From Auanema rhodensis (lineage: Eukaryota; Animalia; Nematoda), in contig OZ059898.1 in assembly GCA_964057225.1 (NCBI GenBank), forward strand, positions 7,378,001-7,442,000: DNA of 64,000 bases, read 5' to 3'. Position numbers and translations under genes: made by a program. The notes under the pieces are model-generated. The model searched no databases. It was not told the origin of the DNA and saw only the letters and a program-made list of their open reading frames with translations. Positions 36,920-49,634 of the stretch are shown here, piece by piece. Every line of letters begins with the position of its first letter. Position 1 is the stretch's first letter.

Positions 36920-39863
36920 CTTCTCTTTCTAACGCTCTTTGAAACATATTTTTCCTAGATATGCCAAAACGTTTTCCCTATCACGTTTTAATTACAGAAA
37001 ATTTTGAAATAAAAAAATGATGTTCTGGTTCTAAAGGTCCCCATGTTCCGTTGAGCTTTGATTACAAGAAAAGTTGAAATTGCAACAACTTTTTGTGAAA
37101 CCTGTTCAGCAATTGCCATTTTAGCGAAAAATGAAAGATTTTTCAAACAAAGTAGTTTCTGCCTGAATCGATCATGACTCTTATTCAGTCAATTCTAGTC
37201 TTCCAAATGGTTTAGCTAAGTATCTTTCCTCTTTCACATAATTTGATTTTATCATTATTCTTGCTGATATATGATGGCATTAATAGGTACACTTTATCAA
37301 CTGTAAATTCTTGTTCTTCATTATGTTTTTACCAAAAATTTAATCATTTCTCATTTGTTGTTCTTCATTTTGAAACGTTAATTTAACAAAATTGGAAAAA
37401 AAATGTGCATTATTGCTGTCGTTATAATCTTTAACTACGGTTTTGTATAGTTAGTGCTTGATAGATTCAATGTCTTTTGGATTATAAGAAGAATGGCATT
37501 GTATACTGAATGTATATGATGTAGATGATAAGGAGGAGGAAAGAACTATTAGGGAAATTTCAGTATAAAAACGTTTTGTTCGTCTACTTTGCTTCATGTC
37601 ATTTCTTCTGATTCACATTCGATAGTCTAGTAGACTGTTGGCGGAATGACCCAGATTTTGACCTGATAACAGTTTCCACCAACTACTTGCTGGAAAATGA
37701 TTGAAAATTTTCTTAGAAGATGAGTGTGATCGACAGTAGTATATTTCAGAATAAAAGAAGTAGAAGAGAGAATAACATATAGAGATATAGATAGGTTATA
37801 AGGATAATGCTGAAATTATGAATTCAATAAGATATCATATCATATACAATCAGTTAAAATACTTTTTTTTTGGAAGATTAGATATAACTAAACAATATAA
37901 ATTATATTTTAAATACATTTTTAACACATTAATTACAAAAGAAATAAAGAATAATTAAAAAAAAGATTTTATATTCTTCTTTTGAAATTATTATTTCACA
38001 AAGTAAAAAGATAATATAATATATGTATGGAGGAAACTCATTTAAGTTTCATTGGCAAAGTACTAGCTCCACCATCAAATCTTTTGAGCTGATTACAATG
38101 GCTATTTCAGTTTTCATAATTAACTTCTCCCCATCTGAACATGGTCCATTGACGGAATTATGGCTGAGAAAGCCAAGAATTAGTTCATTTGCTCTTGACA
38201 TTCAGATTTGATTTATCCTTTTCAGTATATGAATTGTAAAGCCAATTGTTCATTTTAACCATTTGACCTCCGCTTTTGCTCCTCCTTTTTGTCCTCCTGC
38301 GCTCCCCCTTCTTCTACTCTCTGTCAATCGCACTCTTCTTGATCGTCGTCTTCATACAGCCATCTGAATCTTACAAGTTGTATGTACTCCACATCTTCAT
38401 CCGTTTTTTCTCTGATTTACCATCAACATTTTTTTCTATTATGTTCTCGTTGTTATCCTGTCCTCAACATCTTGCCCACAGTACACAGAGTCCTCATCGT
38501 ACAGGCTCTCTTCTCATCCAAACATCTTGAAACTACTCATTTCAATGCAGAAAAAAAAATGACTTCTTGACATCTTTTTCTCTCCTGAAATAATGAAATT
38601 TCATTTAAATCGTCTTCGAATATTTTATTTGATATTTCTCAATCAATTTTAACTTATATGACATATTTCCAGACACTATCTATCATTCACCTCATTGAAG
38701 TAACTCATACAATGGATTTTTTAATTCAATTTCTACATCTTTTTAAAACTTTATATGGTAGTTTTAGTCTTGTTCATATTGAGACTAAGACTGAATAATA
38801 AAGAATATAAAAGATGAGAATGAAGAAGAAGAAGATGATGATGAAGATGAAGAAGAAAATCTAATCTCCTTCTTCCTTTTCCTCTGAAGAGGTAATATGC
38901 AAGAGAGATATACATTTATAGTGTAAGAGCAAAGAATACAATTTATATATTATATATTATATATATATAAAAAGAGATATATAAAGGTAGAGGGAGAGGG
39001 ATCGAGGGAGAGAGAGAGAGAGGATAGCACATAAACCTGAAGGTGATTAAACATACCGGCAGATCTTTATTAGTTGTCCTTATAAGGTTACTTGTCTATC
39101 CATCATCATCTTTTACTATTTATTTATACTTAATATGATTGGTAAGGGTGGGTAATTTATCTTCATGGTTGAGAGGAGGATTCTGAGTAAAAAAGGAAAG
39201 GCAAACGATGACCTTGTCTCTAATTATAGACCATCTTCAAGGAGGTTCAACTATCTTCATCTTCAATAGCAAGTCATTTCTTTCCATTTTTCAACTTTTC
39301 CTTGTTCACACACATTACATTTATTCATTTTTTCATTCTACTTTTCTATAATTTCTTTTTCAAAAAATACACAAAAATGTTTTTTTTTTCAAACAACCAA
39401 TTTCTTACATTGAAGAAGAGAACATAACAGTAAATCAGACAGTCTGTCTGTCACATATGTATGTGATTGCGGTAAATTTGCATATATGTATGTAGTATCT
39501 TGTTCACGTACGTCAATATTCTGTCATGACATCGTAATGACATCAGTAAGTTGAAGCTCAAAGATGAACGGTTGAATGTATGCATGTATATTTCCAATAT
39601 TTACTTCTTATATACTTCCCTCTTCAAACATTTTCAATTTTTAACTGACTGACACCAAGATCATTTCGTTTTACTTATAGTATTTCAATTTTCAATTCAA
39701 ATTTCGATTCAACATATATAGATTAAAGTAGTTTTTTTTTTGATTTATCATTTAGGATAATGGCAGAAAACATGATTTATTATACGTTGAATAAATTGAA
39801 ATAATATGAGCATAAATGAACAAATATAAAATATATAATTATAATTTATATATGTATATAAAG

Positions 39864-39898
<35 letters not shown>

Positions 39899-40310
39899 CG
39901 AGGTTATATAGTTCCAAATGAACAAAGAATCATGATAGAAATAAATTAACAAGAGATGATAAAAGAGAAAAAGAGAGAGAGAGAGAAGTTTTGAATTTAA
40001 AAAAAAACAAATAAAAATTCATATACATATGTAATATATGCATATATATATATATAGTATTGTGAATGAAAAATCTCTTATAGTAAAAGATGGAACGAAT
40101 TGTCGTGATGATTTTCTGTGACTAAATGGCATCATCAAAACCTTCAGCTCATGTTGTCATGGCCTAATTGAAAAACATTCACGGTTTTTAGCCATGTGTG
40201 TTTAAACAAAACTTTTATAGAAAATGCTGAACTGTAATTCAAGATGTTTTATACACAAAACGAGAAAATGATCGAGATAGATAGAAGTATCTTAGAGGTT
40301 GGAGGAGTTG

Positions 40311-40313
<3 letters not shown>

Positions 40314-40386
<73 letters not shown>
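40314..40386. repeat. (GA)n microsatellite
   Basis: Directly visible. Confidence 0.95.
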
Positions 40387-40389
<3 letters not shown>

Positions 40390-42733
40390 ATGTATAACCG
40401 TAGACAAAGAAAGATAAAGAGAGAAGAGGAAGGACAAGTAAAGAAGAACTAATTTTCTGAAAAAGAATAGGCATTGAAGGTGTGAGGTCTTGTGGAGTTT
40501 TATAAACTACAATGACAGAAAAAAATCTTAATAATACTCTATTTAACATTTATTCTCATATTATCCTCTATTTTATCTTAATTTTAAGATTATTTCATAT
40601 AAATTCTGTTTAAATATTAAAAGTTTTATTTAATAATTATTCTATAACATATTGATATATAGAATTAATTATAAACATATATTTATAATAATTTTTATAA
40701 TTAGACATTTCTATTTAAATTTATAAATATAAGGTTCATCATTAACTCTTCTAGGTCTTTAACAATAAAAAAAAACTTATTTTCGACGCTCGTCAATAGG
40801 TTCAACAGTACATTTTTCTGAGTGTCGTTAGATCAATTGAGTGTCCTTGTCTTTATCTTTTCTACTCTCTTCACCTTAGCTATACTGTCAGCTTATCTAT
40901 TGTTACTTTAGTTTCTATGGAATCTCTTATATAATTTCATTTCTAACGACTTCAATGATCTGTCACTTACTGTCTATAACTATTTCAAATAGATAAAACA
41001 GACAAACTAAGAAAAGAGAAAACGAATAAGATAGAGAGATAGAAACAGTTTCTTAGAGAGAGAAAGACACTGAAAAGAAGAGAAAGAGAGAGAGAGAGAC
41101 TGAGAGAAAGAGAAGGAGAGGCTAAACGTACTCCAAGAGAATGAAAACATGTATTTCATTTTCTCTTAATTTTTCCCGACAATTACATATTATCTGTTCG
41201 AAATCCACAATAAACTGTTTCTAGGGCGATGATTTTTCAAATAATTTTTTCTTCCCTTTCCATATATCTAAACTGTATATCTTATACTAATTTTCTATAT
41301 ATAGTCTTAGTTAATCTCTTAACTTCTTCAATTCGCAAGTCTATCTTGCTATCTTTATCTTTCATTCTGAAGGTCAGAAGATCGTTTACTAACCATTATA
41401 AAAGCTTTCTTTTTTTCTTAAAACATTTTCATAATCATTATTGTTCTGATAATTGAAATAAGAAAGAGAAGTGAAGAGAAAAAGAAAATACAAAGAGAGA
41501 GATAGAGATAGAAGAAGAAGAGTGATAGGGGGGAGAGAGAAAAAGAGACAAAAAGGTAGCTAATCGATAAATTTTTAGATATTTTTTCTGTAAATTCATA
41601 TATTATATATTATAATATAAACAGTATATCTAAACATCATAGCTCTATATTTAAACATTGCAACTTGATTTCTCTCTTCATTTCTTCTTCTCTTTCTACT
41701 CTTTCCCAAGCTTTTTTCCTCCTTCTCTATCTACCTCTCAACCTTTTTCCCTCTACCTCACTTCTCCCTCTCTCTACTCTGTATATTCTCTAAACTCTCT
41801 TTCTCAATACAATTCGATGAAAGTGTCAATATTCTCTCTTTTCGATCTGTATGTCTTTCGCTTCCGGCCCAAGCAACCTCTTCACAAATAAATTTTCTTC
41901 ATCTTCTTGCGTCAGGTTGCCTCAAAACCTCTTTTCTTTAACAATCTTTTTGAACTTTTGTTTTAGTTTTCATTGCTATTCTTTGTTCTTAACATTTTTT
42001 CTTCATTTTTAACAAAAATGTTCTTTTCTGCCTAAGTTCAGTAACTTGTATTATCGTATATACACATCTAACTACTCATATCTCATCTAACCATATGTAT
42101 ATACTATACTCAATTCAATTTTGAAGTTTTATAATCTTAATTCTAAAAATTATTTCCTTTTTTCTTTATTAAACTTTTGATTTTTATGATTTTAAAATAC
42201 TTTATAGTTCAAAACTATCGTTAATCATATTAGATCATAACTCATTTATCATCAAACAGATCATTTCATGTTAAATATAAAATGAAAAATATTAACCATT
42301 ATTAACTTATAATATATTCAATTATAACTTTGTATATCTATAACGTTACTGTTGTAATTGACTTCAGATTTCTTTAAAACTATTGGTCATAACCAATATT
42401 ATAGGTCGACAACGATTTTTATCCAAAATCAGTTTCTCAATTCTAATTAAAAAGTTTTTCTTTTCATTCAATTTCTAACCAACTAATTTATATTTTGAAA
42501 TTTCTTTTGTAAAATAGATTTTATAATATATTACATGCTAAATGTTATGTTTTTACTTTTTTTTTCTTTTTTTTTTCTTTCAGCATTATGATTCAGCTTT
42601 ATTCAATTTTCTTGTCAAAACCTTCTTGTTGTTTAAAAAATCATCATCAAATTCATATCTTTCAAGATAAAAAAGAAATATATGATTATTAATCTGAGGT
42701 ATATATAAAGAGAGAGAGAGAGACATAGCGAGA

Positions 42734-42765
<32 letters not shown>

Positions 42766-43679
42766 TTCATTAAAAAATGAGAGAAAAAGAGGTTAAAATT
42801 AAGAAAGATAGATTGAAAGAGAATGTATGGGATATTTGAGAGAGAAAGAAAGAGAGAGAGAGAGAGATACAAGAGTAGAAATTCTATTGAAGTATATTGA
42901 ACTTTGATATACATTTATACAAATGTGACTGTATAGTGAGTTTACTATATTTACATTAAATATATGTATATATAATCTCAATTTTATTATAAATAATATT
43001 ATAATTTTTGATCTGATCAATAAAATATTTTTTATTAATAAATTTTCTATTATAATCTATATTTCTAAAATAATATTTTATATTTCTTTATTATATATAT
43101 ATAGTTATTATAATTATATTATTAATATCTTCATGTTCATATCATCATCTATTATTACATAAAGTTTGAGATGAAAAAAAATTTCTTTTTCATTGAAAAC
43201 GTATATTTCATATCATCTCACCTAATTTGTACAACATCTAAAAGCTTTGAGTCTATATTGCTAATCAGTTTTCATTGTCGTCGAGTAATTTCAACAACTG
43301 GCCTTCTGATTTTATTACTCTACCTTCGTTTCTCCTGCTTTCTTAATATAGATTTTCCTATTTAATATTCGTATCCATATAACTCCATCCAGTTTATTTC
43401 TTAAATTTCAATCATATATCAGTTACATATAGTTTTTATCTCTTCTATTATATTTATTTTTTCATCTTTTTTTTCCATATTTATTAAATATAATAAATAT
43501 ATATTATACTATATGTAAATATATATTTATTATATATTCATAAATCTGATATTTAACTTTAATTTATATATTTTTCTTAATTCGTTTAACCTCGTCTTAT
43601 TCAATTTCGTCAAAGATCATTGCTTGATTTCTTCTTTTTTTTTTAAATTCTGCTAATTTTCTATTATTTTCAGAGTGTT

Positions 43680-45807
43680 ATGAACACTCTAATGCAGATG
43701 GGTCCGATGATGGTGATGGAAGGTCCAAACGGTATGCATCATCATCATCAACCGTTTCCTCAGCCATCACAACATATTCCTCAAACTCCAATTACTTCAT
43801 CTATGAATAGGTCACAAAGGTTTGTTATAAAATCATCTTTTAAACATAAATGTTATTTAATTTTCATGTTTCTTTTCAAAGAACAAATTCTAATTCAATC
43901 TCGGCTTATACTAATTTATAATATTTTTTATAAAATTGAATATTTCAGATGCGGTGTCTGTCGTGGATGTCAATGTAAGCCATGCGGTCAGTGTACATAC
44001 TGCCAGGATTCTCCACAATTCGGAGGTCCAGGAGTCAAAAAACAAAGTTGTATAGAAAGAAGATGTTTAAGAGTATTAGAAAATAGGTTACAGGTATGTT
44101 TTAATTTTTGTAAAAAATAATTTGAAATTTGAAAATAAAAAAGAATTCCATATCTGATAATATGAATGAAGCGGAAGTAATGTGACTGTATTAGATATTA
44201 AAATAATTATAATTAATAAAAAAATATATTTATCATATAATTTAATTTATTTTAGTGAATAAAAAATAAAATTATATAAATGGATGCATATATTTAGAAA
44301 GGAAGGAAAGGGAGAGAGAGAGGGTGGAGATCATTCGAATGAAAATTTAATTTTCAAAGTTTAAATTAGAACCATTTGACATTGAAAGCTATTTAACTAA
44401 TAAAATCCTGACAAATAAAAAAGATTATTTGAAGAAACTAAAGCCATCTAAAGCAATAAGCTTATCAGATGTGTCTGACCGGAGGTAACATGATTACGGT
44501 AGCCGTCAGTTTTTCCTAATTAATCACATGACTTTCAACCAGTCATCAATAGGCTATTGCTAATAAATCAAAGTATTTTATTATCTTTGTCCTGCTTTTT
44601 CTTATATCTGGAACAATTTTCAGAAAAGAATTTTACATTAATAACTCTTTTTCTCTGTTGCTATCTTTTCATATAATACATAATTTAAAAAATAATAAAC
44701 AATATAATCAATAAAATATAAATATATAATTTAAAATAAACTAAATATATTTTACAGAGAGATGCACCAACCTTTAAAGCTCGTGTTGGATGTAATCAAT
44801 GTGAAGATTGTCGTATGGCCGACTGTCAAATATGTTTAGTCTGCTTAGACCGAAGGTAAATTATTTTTCTTTTTGAATGTTCTTAATCATAAAGTATATT
44901 GTTATTATAATTAATCATATATTAATTTGTTATTTTTTAGATTTTTTGATAATCGTTACATGACTGGGGCTATGTGTGCCAAAAAACGTTGTAACAATGC
45001 CACTTCAATTGAGCTTCCAGCTCAGTCCCCTCAAGCAATGGCTGAATATCAACAAAGACAGGTTATTAACATCTTCAATTCACAATTTGATACATTTCTT
45101 CTTTTAATTTAATATGTTTCATTATATTCTTTTTCAGGCTCAAAAACGTGCTTATGAGCAAAGCGCAGCTTCAAACCAGTTCCATGTTGATATGAAACGT
45201 CGTGTTGAAATGGGATTCAATGGACATCCCGTACAGGTTCTCTTCCAATTACCTCAAGGAGGTCAGCAGCAACAGCAGCAGCAAACTCCTCCCCAACAAC
45301 AGAATGGACGTGTCTTGGCTATGAATCAGTCCATGAACTATGGTAAGTTTATTTACTTTCACATTTTGCCTGGATACTGTAGTTCCTTCTAATTGTTTCT
45401 TTGTAGGTATGCCACCCATGAACACTATGCGTATGCCTCAAATGGCTCCAGCTGGTGTAGCTCCATCAATAGCTATGGCTCCGTGCCCAACTGTTGCTCC
45501 AAATGGTATGCAAACTCCAAACGGTCAGATGCCGCCAAACATGGTTCCAACAACAGCTCAGCAAATCAGCATGGAACAACAACAAGTTCAAGCAGTTGCC
45601 GCTTCAGTAGCTGCTCAAGCACCTCCCCCATCATCTCAGATTACATACATGATGCCAAGTTATGGTCACTCCTCACCGACACCATTAGACTTCTATGATA
45701 TGAAGCCATATTCTTTTGAAGAAATTCATATGCATAACGGTGATCCATTCATCCCTCCTAGCTATGCTCCTGAAATGAAAAATGCCGTCGTGCTGCAGCC
45801 ACTGTAG
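43680..45807 (+). CDS. Tandem zf-CXXC domain protein with Q/P/M-rich low-complexity C-terminus. Exons 43680-43819, 43949-44093, 44758-44855, 44941-45061, 45138-45342, 45407-45807
   Basis: Spliced: RSQRCGVCRGCQCKPCGQCTYCQDSPQFGGPGVKKQSCIERRC (canonical CXXC with xFGG and KQ motifs), then VGCNQCEDCRMADCQICLVCLDRRFFDNRYMTGAMCAKKRC (second CXXC). All introns are GT-AG and in frame. A TTTTCAG acceptor ends at 43673, just before the ATG. Confidence 0.9.
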
Positions 45808-48800
45808 AAACGTCGTTGCCCAAGCTCTCATCATCGCTATCATCGTCATAATCAATGATGATACGAATCCTGTGGTCAACTATTCTTTTCAACAATTGTT
45901 TTCTTGTTAGGTACCATTATCAATCCTGAATATATTGTTTTCTCTACCCCTTATTTCTCACATTCATCCACCTCATAGATGATCCACCATCAGTATCTGA
46001 TTATCAAGTTATCAATAATCCAAATTATATATTTGCTGTTGAAATACTTGATAATCAGTTTATCAATTAGCGTGGAACATCTTTAAATACGAAAAGAGTT
46101 GATCTTTTCATTTGCATAATTCTCTCTTTTTTCAATTTTTTTCTAAGAAAACCTTTCAACCTCCTCCACCTCTTCTCTCTCTTTTCTCTTTAGCACGGGT
46201 TCCGACTCACAGAAAACGATGAAAGAGTAATTAGCGGATGTTCGAGCATTCAGGCAAATATTTTGAGTAGAAGCAGAAGTGATAGAATTGCCTTTAGAGA
46301 AATATTATAATAATTTTTTTTCATTTGATATTCCCTCTCATTCACTCACTCATTCATTCTCTTCAATAATTCTTAACTATATGTTATAAACTAATCCATG
46401 TTAGCGGAGTAGCAAAGACTCTAGTCTTTCTGACGTCGATGCGAATAATCCGTCCAATCTGTGATCCAAACCTTCCCTCTAATTCTCGTCCAAAATTTTT
46501 TATATACATCCCAGATAATAAGACAGAAATTTAACTAAATGGTCCCTTCTCTATTTTCTTTTCTCTCTTTGTTTTCATTTTCAAAAAAAAATATATTTAT
46601 AAATATATATTATACATACAGTTCCTATTAGCAAACTTTATAATATAATATAGCCTATACTATATAAAGAATCTGAAATTATATTGAATATTATGCAATA
46701 TAGATGGTTAATATAGTTGAATGTCATCTGATTCTTAAAACAAAAAATTTTGTTTTGAAGAAAAGAATATCGGTAGATTGATAGTTAGATATACATCTAT
46801 AGTATTAGGAGAAGAAGTGAATATAATAAGAGATGAAACATTAATGAGAATAGAAGAAGCATTCTATGATACTTCTTCAAAGATATTTTCTATTTTCACT
46901 TACTTACTGTCATTTTCTCTTTTTGTCAGTATTCTTCTCTCATACATGTATTCTCTCTTATAAAATATTTCTTTTTTCTCTTTCTATTTCAATGTACCAA
47001 TCCTTCAACTATTTTTCTTTCTATTATGTGCAAATTCTCTTCTCAATTCCATATATGTGTTAATGCTTGTATGTGTTACGGCTGGGCACCGTAGCACAAC
47101 GAAGAAAAACCAAATGTTCTTTAAGAAGAAATCTTCTTTTTTTTTTGAGCAAGTCAGGGATGTAACGTAATCAGCCTTTGTTTTTGTTTTATTATATTAT
47201 ATTTTATATAAATTAATTGATTTTTTAATATATAAAAATATAAAAAATCAATTAATTTATATAAAATTATACTATATTGTACATAAGTATATGTATATAT
47301 ATTATAATATATACATTTATTTATGTACTATATGTGTGTATTTGTGTATATAGTAATCTATATATAAATATAGTTATAGTTTACTATCTTACTCTTCTAC
47401 TCACAACTTTTATTTTCAAATTTGTTTTGTCCCTTTTCCCTTTTACTATATTCCTCTCTCTCTCTCCTTTCATCTCTCTTTATTTTAAAAACTTCCCTCC
47501 TTTTCTTGGATATTCCACGTTTTCATGTGAAATATAACATACGATGATAAATGGACCCTACACTTATTTCACTTGAATTCCTAGATGATGTTCCATTCTT
47601 AACAAAATTTCTTTTCTTTTTCTCGTTTCTAAAAGTCATATATGCTTTTCATTTAACCGAAAATGGAAAAAAATGGTCTTATTAAAAGATTTTTGGGCTT
47701 ACAACGTTTATGTATAGCTTAATTATCTTATTTCATGTTCACTTATATAAAAGCAATGTCATATAGAAACGTCAAAAAAGGAAGGAAAATGCAGCAAACA
47801 ACACAGAATTTTATATTTTGAATTGGCAATTGGCCATATTCCTTAATTTCACTCCATCTTATCATATTCCTACGTAGATTTGTTATTATGTCTGTGCAAT
47901 TCTCGTTGATTTGTTTAATTTGAGTGATTGTTTGTCATCAAAGATTATATAATTTCTGCTTATTATAAACCAAATTAGATGTTTAAAACTTCTAAATAGT
48001 GAATATTACGTTTTGAGCTTTCTCTTTAACAAGCAACACGTGTTCGTCCCTTTTAAGCTTCAAATCCTTATTCGATTTTTAGCTGAACAGATTTTTCTTT
48101 TTTTTTCCAACGTTTTTTCCTCAAATTTATTATTTTTCTTTTTTTTTATTATTGTAGTATATATTCTTTGTTTTTCTTCGTATATGGCATATAAACAAGC
48201 ATAATAAATGCAATAAAATGATAATTTCAAATATTGTTCGTTTAATTTTAAAAAAATTTCAAATGATAAGGAAGTTGTTGAACTGTCGATCCATTAGTAA
48301 TTGAGATCAAAAGTTCACTGAGCAACTGTAAGTAATCACTGAAAGAAAAGAATATAAGTATCACTCAAATGCCAATCAATGTTCAAGTATAAGTTTTTAA
48401 AATTTTAAAAAGAGAATTAGTTGAAGTACGTATTACGTACAATTCATCATTTTATTATTCATTTTATTAAACGAAAAATGAAAGCTTGATCTTATTGCTA
48501 ATGATATTAGCTAGGATTCAGGAGATCATGAATATAAATAAATCAAAAAATAAATTTCTTTCAATGAATATATGCAGCTTATCAAGTATATTTCTTGATA
48601 ATTGATAATTATCTTTTTAATCTGAAAAATAAAAAGAGATTTTTAATCAAAAAAGAATATATTGTTCATCTTTAAAGTATGACCTCTATGATTCGCCTTT
48701 TCAAATTGTGAGCTTTATTTGAATTGTTATTCATATTTAAACTATTAAGAAGTACTTCCAATATTTAAAATAAAAATGATACTTCCAGAATATTTAATTT

Positions 48801-49634
48801 ATTTGAAATAATTGTCAATAATTTATATTATTATAATATTATATAGTTTTATCAAATACTTTAAAAGGAATACGAGATCATGTTAGCAACTAAACAGGAA
48901 CCAAAAATAAATTAAATTAAAATTTTAATAAAATGTATTGTATGTATGTATATGTAAATGACTTTTCCGAGAAATATTGAGTAAAGAAACAAAATTTTAT
49001 CAATATTAATGAATTTATGATATATGTATGTAGTATACTCACTTATAATATTTTATCACATTCTCCTCTTTCTTCCAATATATTAAGAAAGAAAGAGAAA
49101 GGAAAAGAGAGAAAGAGAAAGAGAGAAAAGGAGAAGAAAAGGGAAAAAGGTAAAAGAAGCGAAAGAGAATGTATGAATAGGAGCATAAGAGTACATTAAG
49201 TTTGTTTGAAAAATCAATTAAATAAACTTTAAAAAGAATAGTTGAGTCTTTTTTTTTTCAAGTATACTTTCTTCTTTCTATAAATCGATTGAACAAAAAC
49301 TTTGCGTCAGCTTATAGACTTCTAGTGTTTGTATTTGTGGGAACGATTTCATTTGCGATCCAACTTCCGCTATATTTTTATTTAAATAAAATTCATTTTT
49401 AAACTTTTTTTCTTTTTTTCTCTATTTCTCTCTCTCTCAGTTTTTTCTCTTTTTTTTCATTATAATCAAAGAAAGAGAGTAAGAGGGAAAATTTTTATAT
49501 TTTATCAGGAATTTATCAGTAAAACTCAAAGTTTTTCTATAGACAAGATGTTCAGATTGAACGATAAAGGAAAAATAAAATTAATAATTGAATATATGTA
49601 TATATACATATAGATATATAAATATAAATTATAT

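Noticed and set aside
13267-43365. Dozens of 60-126 aa ORFs in the desert (SLSLSL, ERERER, F/L/I-rich)
   Set aside because: These are translations of microsatellites and T-rich DNA, with no recognisable motifs and no consistent splice-linked exon chain.
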